From an uncultured Nitrososphaeraceae archaeon (GTDB taxonomy: Archaea > Thermoproteota > Nitrososphaeria > Nitrososphaerales > Nitrososphaeraceae), in the NCBI GenBank assembly GCA_963837175.1, contig CAWIMJ010000039.1, forward strand, positions 1-64,000: a DNA stretch of 64,000 nt, written 5' to 3'. The position numbers were made by a program, and so were the translations under genes. Of the stretch, positions 57,012 to 64,000 are shown piece after piece. The notes beneath the pieces are model-generated. The model had not been told where the DNA came from, searched no databases, and worked only from the letters and a program-made list of their open reading frames with translations. Position 1 is the first letter of the stretch. Each line of letters starts with the position of its first letter.

Positions 57012-57330
57012 AAAACAAATATTCATTTATGTAAAAACTAGTTTTGAAAATCCTCTCATAATCATTATTTCTACGACATGCTGGTAGCCCTGTTATGTTA
57101 CTTGGGAAATGATAAGCTTTGCATTTTCTTTGTGATACCATCTTTAATTATCACTCTGTTATATTTTATTATTATGCTTTTTCTATTCGTAACTGCATAA
57201 GTTCCCACATTGCAGCAAGTAGACAAAAAAAGAAACAAACAAGCAACTTGAGAAAAGAGATAGTATTATTATTACTAGTACAAAATTACAAAATCAGCAA
57301 AAAGAATGGAAAGTGAATTTCTATGATGGT

Positions 57331-57732
57331 TCATTGAAGAAAGGGCACACTAGGTGCCAGTTGTATTTGTTCACCTCTTGCTTTTTCTTCTTCCTGTTGA
57401 TTGGATAGTAATTGTGGAGTTACCGCCTGCTTAGGCTCTTCTGAAATCTTATTCTGTAAATCAGTTTTATCCAGTCCATTAGCGTCTATCAAGACTTTAT
57501 TATAACATGTAACAACTTCATTTTTAGTAGGTTCATCTTTAAAATATGCATCCTCCTGCACATTGACGCTCTGCTCTACTGCTTTATCTATGCAATCATA
57601 GAATATTGGTAAAGCTTGGTTGAGAGTTGAATTAGTGCCGTTTAAAGGAATTAATTCTACTGCTAATACCCAATTAACAAAACCAACTTGTGCTATAACA
57701 GCTAACGCAATTACCATCGCTAAGATATTCAT
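57331..57732 (-). CDS. exported hypothetical protein with a Cys pair
   Basis: Signal-like N-terminus, FYDCI...VTCY. Confidence 0.7.
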   Translation of the reverse strand: MNILAMVIALAVIAQVGFVNWVLAVELIPLNGTNSTLNQALPIFYDCIDKAVEQSVNVQEDAYFKDEPTKNEVVTCYNKVLIDANGLDKTDLQNKISEEPKQAVTPQLLSNQQEEEKARGEQIQLAPSVPFLQ

Positions 57733-58009
57733 TGATGCCTTATCTTGCTATTGATGTAATAAAACTGATATTGTCGTAATAAATTGTCAGTATGTATAAT
57801 ATTTTTGATAATGATTAAAACTAATCATAGGATTAAAACTCCCTCTTCTATTTTATCAAAAAAAAGGGAAATTCTATTAGCCTTATTTTGAAGGAAATTT
57901 TCCATTTTCAATCCTATATCAATACATAATGTTAACTTTTTACCAAACTTGACATAAGCAAGACTTTTGACAAATAACAAATTTGAAGAAAACAATATTA
58001 TTTTGTATT

Positions 58010-58170
58010 AATGGATCTAAAGGTATTCTAAAAAATGCAACAATAAGAAAGGAATATGTTAGGTGTGGAAAGTCATTCTGTTATAGATAGAGACACGTTT
58101 CTCCTTCTTACCTCGTTTTTATGAAAGACAACGATAAGAAACTATGGAAAAGTATCTTTAAATTAGTTTA
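58010..58170 (+). pseudogene. DUF6788-like fragment
   Basis: KNATIRKEYVRCGKSFC then stop. Confidence 0.4.
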
Positions 58171-58641
58171 GACTATCACAAATAATCACTGGAGCATATT
58201 AGTAAGGAACGTTTTACCCAAGGATTAGAGTTTATATTAACGACTTAAATTACAAACACACTAACTTAAAACACATATAACTTTTGGTAATTTGAAACTA
58301 ACAGTAATTAGATAACTATCTATACTTAAATTGATAAAATATGAAGAACTCTATTATTTAAGTAGGATTAGTACAGTATTACTTTTGTTAATGGTAGCAG
58401 TTAGTTTGAGATGAATTTATACCATATTCTACTATAGTAACCGTTCTTCTTCTTACTACACAATATTCAATAGTAATATTCTAACCCTCATGTAATCAAT
58501 TGGGCCATTGAGATGTGAAAATAAATTTGTCATCAGTTTAGGACCAAAGAAATAATACTTGCTTTAATGGATGAACAACAAACAATATTCAAATTATCGT
58601 CCGTACGTATTTACTTCAGCAAAAAATAACGTAAAAGATCA

Positions 58642-59875
58642 TTATTCTAAATCAGATATGCTGTTATGTTCCCTCTGTGCTGCAGCATGATATAACGTAG
58701 AATGCTTTTTAGCAACAGAATCCCACTTTAGATTTTCTTTAAATATATCAACAGCTTCTTTGTATTTGACATAATTACTAATGAGATCCTGTAAACCTTT
58801 CGAAAATTCATGAGGATGCCTTTTGACAGTTATTCCTAATCCTTGCGCAGCAAATTCTCTAAAGAATTTTAAATCTGTTGCTACAAATGGTAATCCATGT
58901 GCTAAAGCATCAAACATTACACCTGAACCACCAGTTACTCTATATGGTAATATTACAGCATCAGAAGCATAGAATAATGTAGAGAGTTCATCCTCTCTAA
59001 GATAACCACGTCGTAAATCTAGAATATTGGCTGCTCCTTGCCAGCTCAGATCAAGATTCTCTTTATTGTAGTAGTCTTTAGAGGAATTTACTACCAAGAT
59101 CCATCCCTTGGGAATATCCATTTTCTTTAGCATATCCCAACCTTTGCCAGCAGTTCTAAATCCATGAGCTAAAGCTATTCTATATCCATGGTCTTGAGGT
59201 AGAGAGAATTTTTCCCTTGCTTCTTTCTTGGTTAGTGGAGGATATATGGCTGGCTCAGATCCATGATAAATTATATGGCATTTACTACTAGCACTGTCCC
59301 CAATATCATTAGTACTACCACCAAGTCTCTCTGACATATAACGTGAGAAGACTATGCCTGCTGTGCTCATCCTAAGTTTCTCCTTGGTTATGTTATTGAA
59401 AGCCTGATAATTTAGAAAATACTTGTAATATCTAAGCAAGGCTCGCAAAGGTATTCCTAATTTTCCTATCTTACCGCTTTTTTTTACCAACGATGATGGC
59501 GTCATCCATTGGCGTAGAGTTATTGGTCCAGAGTGAAAAGTTGTTACTATTGGAATTTTGCATTTGACATAAAATTGATCGATATATGTACCAATCTTTC
59601 TTGGATGTTTTGTGTCCCATATTAATCCATACAAACCAGGCTCAAATTGTAACATGTACAACATCAGGCTTTAGGTCGTTAACAATTTTTAACAGTACAT
59701 CAGAATTATGAGGATTATTAGGATAAATGCCCGAATAATGCCCAGCACCTTTCTCATCACATACAACATAGACATCAAGTCCTAATTTTGAGAGAGCATT
59801 TGTCAGATTTGCAGTGTATCGCCCTATACCTCCTGGCATGGATGGATATTCTATACTGACCATCAATACTTGCAT
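58642..59875 (-). CDS. GT4-family glycosyltransferase, single frameshift near 59650
   Basis: EYPSMPGGIGRY, KPDVVHV, ASDAVILPY, SGVMFDALAHGLPFVATD. Confidence 0.85.
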
Positions 59876-60310
59876 AGATATTTTGTTTTATCTGTTATTC
59901 ATATATTATATTATTTGCAAGCTAATGTGCTAATGAATACATAAATAGCATAGTTTTACAACTAATATTACTTCGTAGTGAGTCATCTGATCAGGACTCC
60001 TCATAAATTCTGTCGATATTATTTCGCCTATTTTATTTCATAAAGTTTTATTTTGTCTGTTCTTATTGTGTAAGAGTTACTTGCTTATGTATAAATATAA
60101 TAAATCATCATTATTGTCAAGGTGTAAATATAACTTAAAAATTATAACTTAATATTACACCTGAATCACAAGCTGATTCAGGTCCGTCAATTCCAACATA
60201 AACCTTAACACCATCATCAATAATAACAACAATCTATTTCTGACTTCAAAAATAGCAAAGCTCGCTTCCATATTCGGGGAAATCTACATTCAGTAAATCT
60301 GACTAAAATA

Positions 60311-60409
60311 GAACCTACTAAAAATGAAGTTGTTACATGTTATAATAAAGTCTTGATAGACGCTAATGGACTAAATAAACTGATTTACAAAATAAGATTT
60401 CAGAAGAGC
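60311..60409 (+). repeat. ~100 bp inverted partial copy of 57435-57534
   Basis: GAACCTACTAAAAATGAAGTTGTTACATG...TTTCAGAAGAGC matches the reverse complement with few differences. Confidence 0.85.
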
Positions 60410-60595
60410 AACGTAAGGCTTAATAATTCAAGAAAAACTTCCATGACTACTGCTCTATTAATATAATTAAGGTTCAGCACGATTGTTACTCTTCATATCT
60501 AAATTTTTCATTTTGGTATCAAAGTTTTGATAAAAGGTTAACATCCTGTAATATTTGAATTAATATAGTAATACAATTCATTCTTATCAAGCTTT

Positions 60596-60829
60596 ATGAA
60601 TACAAAGACGAAATGGAGTATCGTTGCCGTTGTATTTGCATTGGCTATTGTGGTTCAAATTAGTTTCATAATTCCTGCACATGCGTTAACATACTATTTC
60701 AACTGCATATCAAGAATAGCTAATAAGAATGGAACCATTACTCTTGAAAATGCTGAAAATTGTTATGATAAGGTATTTAAGGGAGCCAAACAAATACAAG
60801 AAAAAAATAATATTACAATATCTTCATAA
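60596..60829 (+). CDS. small exported protein with a Cys pair
   Basis: Signal peptide ending AHA, YFNCI...ENCYDKVF. Confidence 0.7.
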   Translation: MNTKTKWSIVAVVFALAIVVQISFIIPAHALTYYFNCISRIANKNGTITLENAENCYDKVFKGAKQIQEKNNITISS

Positions 60830-62438
60830 TCATTATCAGCTTTATTCATTTTTTCAAATTTAGCATCTATTAATAATAGTATTTAAATTATGATTTACTA
60901 TTTGGACAAACTCCTTTCATTGTATCAGAATTATACTTACAATTATATTTTATTGTGGTTGTTATATTGACATATTAGATTTCTCACGTGATGCATTGAT
61001 TCAATAGCTGTTTGATGAAGTTCTTACCTTTACCTTTCTATAATAAATCATGCTTTTTTGGCTATAGGATTATTGATAGTCATGATGTTATCAGTATTTT
61101 TTATTAATTTTAAAGAAAAAATTGAATTCAGTATATTAATATTCTACCATTTATATATACTCCATTCTTTCTATCCGCCAATGCTTTAATAAAAGGCTGG
61201 GGCTCCAATGTATGAACTAAAGAATCCATCTGACGTAGATCAACAGTTCTCCCGTGCACATAGATATGCAAATTCATTTACTGACCCTAAAACACAATAG
61301 TCAGAAAAATTAGAATACCCTATTTTTTTTCTAAAAATAAATCTATATCACACTCATTATGCAATGGCTGTAAGAAGCTTCTGTGATGTTAGTGAATTTT
61401 CTCACAAGGACGGGATTAAAGACTAAGGTACATAGAAAATCTATAGACTGAAATAGAAACAATTCAATGGGTATTAATGAAACTATTAACTATTCTTAAT
61501 AAGAATAATAATAATGAAGAGTTCTGCTGCAAACATAACTTATTTGGAACATGCTATAATTCAATTGATAAGAAATAATTGATGGCATTACATAGTTGGT
61601 TTAAATATTCAAGCTCTGTAGATTATCGCTATTATGGAGTGGTGGTGGACAGATCCGAAAACAATATGGGAAGGAATTAAACCGTTTATTCCACTTATAA
61701 TAAGCGTCATTATGAGAAAAGAAATAAAAACAAACTAAGTTTTTTATTAAACAACCGCAGGTTAGTAATCAATTAAAACAATATCCTGTATCAATTTCGG
61801 TTAAAGGTAGAACCACTAAAAAAGATCTTGGCCCAGAGACATTTGATGGAATTGTATGGAATATTGAAGTTGCTAATAAGCTCCCAGTTCTATCAAAGTT
61901 TATTGATAACTATTCTGCCAGTCTATACATAAAGAACATAGAACAATGGATAGATTTGGTATGGAAATCACCATTAGAAATAATCACAACATATCGTACT
62001 TCTGCTGGAATTTTAGAAGAAGATGATTATAGATATCAATATCGAAGAAGACTTGGTTATGAGTATAGTGAAATATTAGCCTGTAATGGTGCTGTATTGA
62101 CTAAGATTCCAAAAGGAAAATCTAAAGAACTATATTTTCTCTTTACAACCCCGGATCCGATTTTGCATTTTTCATAACATCCTCTCATGCTACCATTGCA
62201 TGGTATGATAACGATACATTTGCAAAGCGTATTGACGATGTATTTCTCATGCTGCCAATACCTACTGAAACCGAAATCTATTTAAAATTTGGGGTAGATG
62301 ATATACGTAAATTTAAACTTAAAATAAATTCTTATGACGATATTCAATTGTATTAGTGGTATTGTAGGCTTGGATTGTCAAGCGACTGATATTCATCAGA
62401 TAAAATATCATGACGACGATCTACTAAAAGATACTATA

Positions 62439-63624
62439 GAGCTCTGTCCTAGTTGTCATATAAAGAAGCTTCATTTTAACAATATCTATTGATCATTGTC
62501 TATTTAGCTAGCCTTTGGATGTCTGATGCTCTAGTGAGAAACAACGAAACAAGTCCAAAGACTAGACTATGGTAGCATCAGAATCTATCCTTATTAGCAT
62601 TTTGTACCTGATAGATCGCATATCATGGCCTACTTTCAAAAGAAGGAACAGCCGTGGGAGGCCATATGTTTATTCACAGACTGTAATCATGAAGTGCTTT
62701 ATAGTTAGAATATGGTTTAGACTGGATTCTAACAATGCATTACATGAATTCTTGGAAATGGATTATCCGTACAATAAGAAGATAATGAAAGCATGTGGCC
62801 TAACACAGATACCAGACAGGCGTACGTTTGACAGACGTCTAAGAACGATATCTACAGATATAAAAGAAAGAATAGTTGTCATGACAAATCATTTCATATA
62901 TGAAGGAATGATAGACCCATACATTGTTGCAATAGATAGTACTTTACTCAAGGCCAAAGGACATATCTGGCACAAATCATCTATGAAAAAAGATATAATA
63001 CCACGTTCTGGAATTGATACTGATGCAAGATGGGGATTCAGCCATACCAAGGGTTGGATATTTGGTTACAAACTCCATTTGATATCAAGTACTGGACCTA
63101 TTATAGTACCATTAGCAGCAGATTTTACAACTGCTAATGTACAGGATAATCAATTGTATAATCCAATGACTGCCCTATCATCTTCTCTAATCACAGAAGA
63201 AACATGTTTCATGATAGGTGATTCTGGGTATGACGATCAAAAACTATATGATCTTAGCATCAATAGAGGATTTGAACTAGTGTGTCCAGTACAAAGATAT
63301 GAACATACTTCGACTAAAAGACTACACCTTATAGAATTCTATGAATCTGAATTAGGACAGGCCATTTATTCTTGGAGAAGCAAATCGATAGAACCATTAA
63401 TAGAACATCTAAAACAGGTATTTAGAATAGATCCATTACTTATAAGAGGATATCACAAGGCTGCTGGACTAGTACTCTTATCAGGTACTTCTATACCAGG
63501 TACTTGTCTATTACAATCTTAAAATGACAAGAAAACAACCAAAAGCAATCAAACATCTATTGTGTAGTTAATCTGACAATAAATGAATGATGAAAATTAT
63601 AACATCGAATTATGCCCAAGTCTC
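62439..63624 (+). mobile_element. insertion sequence with DDE transposase (62569-63571, 3' frameshift); IS5/IS982-like, family uncertain
   Basis: AIDST, DTDARWG, FGYKLH, GDSGYD, IEPLIEHLK; ends only weakly inverted (GAGCTCTGTCCTAGTT / GAGACTTGGGCATAATT). Confidence 0.8.
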
Positions 63625-63808
63625 ATATAATTACATAAGTATGCACATGGAACGAGTAGGTAAGTTATCGTGTACATAACCCTCCTTTATAGAGAGGAAT
63701 GGGTGACAATTTTATGTATCACATTCATACGGGATATTTATGACGTAGACAAACCAGTTAACACCTTTATAAAGAATGAATAGGCTACAAATTATATACT
63801 GAGTAGTG

Positions 63809-64000
63809 ATGGCTGCTGGTCAGATATTCATTTCTCATAGTGCTAAAGACAAAAAATAGTGGATGCTTTCCTTGAAAAATTTAACGATGCGGGCATTAAA
63901 CCTGTTTTGATGGAATATGAAAAATGGTCGAGATGGTAGACCTAATTGGTTATGGATAAAGGATGAAATCCAAAGATCAAAGGCCTTTTTTCTTATATTA
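63809..64000 (+). pseudogene. TIR-domain protein N-terminus, partial and frameshifted
   Basis: QIFISHSAKDKKIVDAF...WIKDEIQRSKAFFLIL; runs off the window edge. Confidence 0.65.

Noticed and set aside
61600-62360. Coding-like + strand fragments including the 73 aa ORF
   Set aside because: Probably a decayed gene but no family could be assigned
1-64000. CRISPR array, tRNA or rRNA genes
   Set aside because: No regularly spaced repeats, cloverleaf motifs or long GC-rich structured RNA tracts were recognised by eye

Overview
AT-rich archaeal chromosome segment whose gene content (Gins51-type protein, numerous Cys/His micro-ORFs, standalone receivers, IS5/IS903-group elements, PPOX, RTX-repeat exported protein) fits a soil ammonia-oxidising archaeon of the Nitrososphaeraceae; this is inferred from family recognition only. 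The first ~21 kb is mostly intact: lysC-ilvE, an EamA transporter, a six-gene cluster ending in a CarH-like cobalamin-binding protein, a full PE-LIG-POL LigD without Ku in view, a HiPIP-like protein and GINS. From ~23 kb on it is a patchwork of IS elements, gene fragments and frameshifted genes, a ~0.9 kb inverted duplication of a USP locus, and an arsenic cluster (HxlR-type regulator / arsM / arsC / aquaporin with an in-frame Cys-rich tail). Best candidates for undescribed biology: (1) a B12 photoreceptor-like regulator with a non-MerR N-terminal domain and its gene cluster; (2) an ars cluster with a three-Cys HxlR regulator instead of ArsR and an aquaporin carrying a metallothionein-like tail that also exists as a free micro-ORF. 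Many frameshifts may be assembly errors. No rRNA, tRNA or CRISPR array was recognised. Pseudogene coordinates are approximate.
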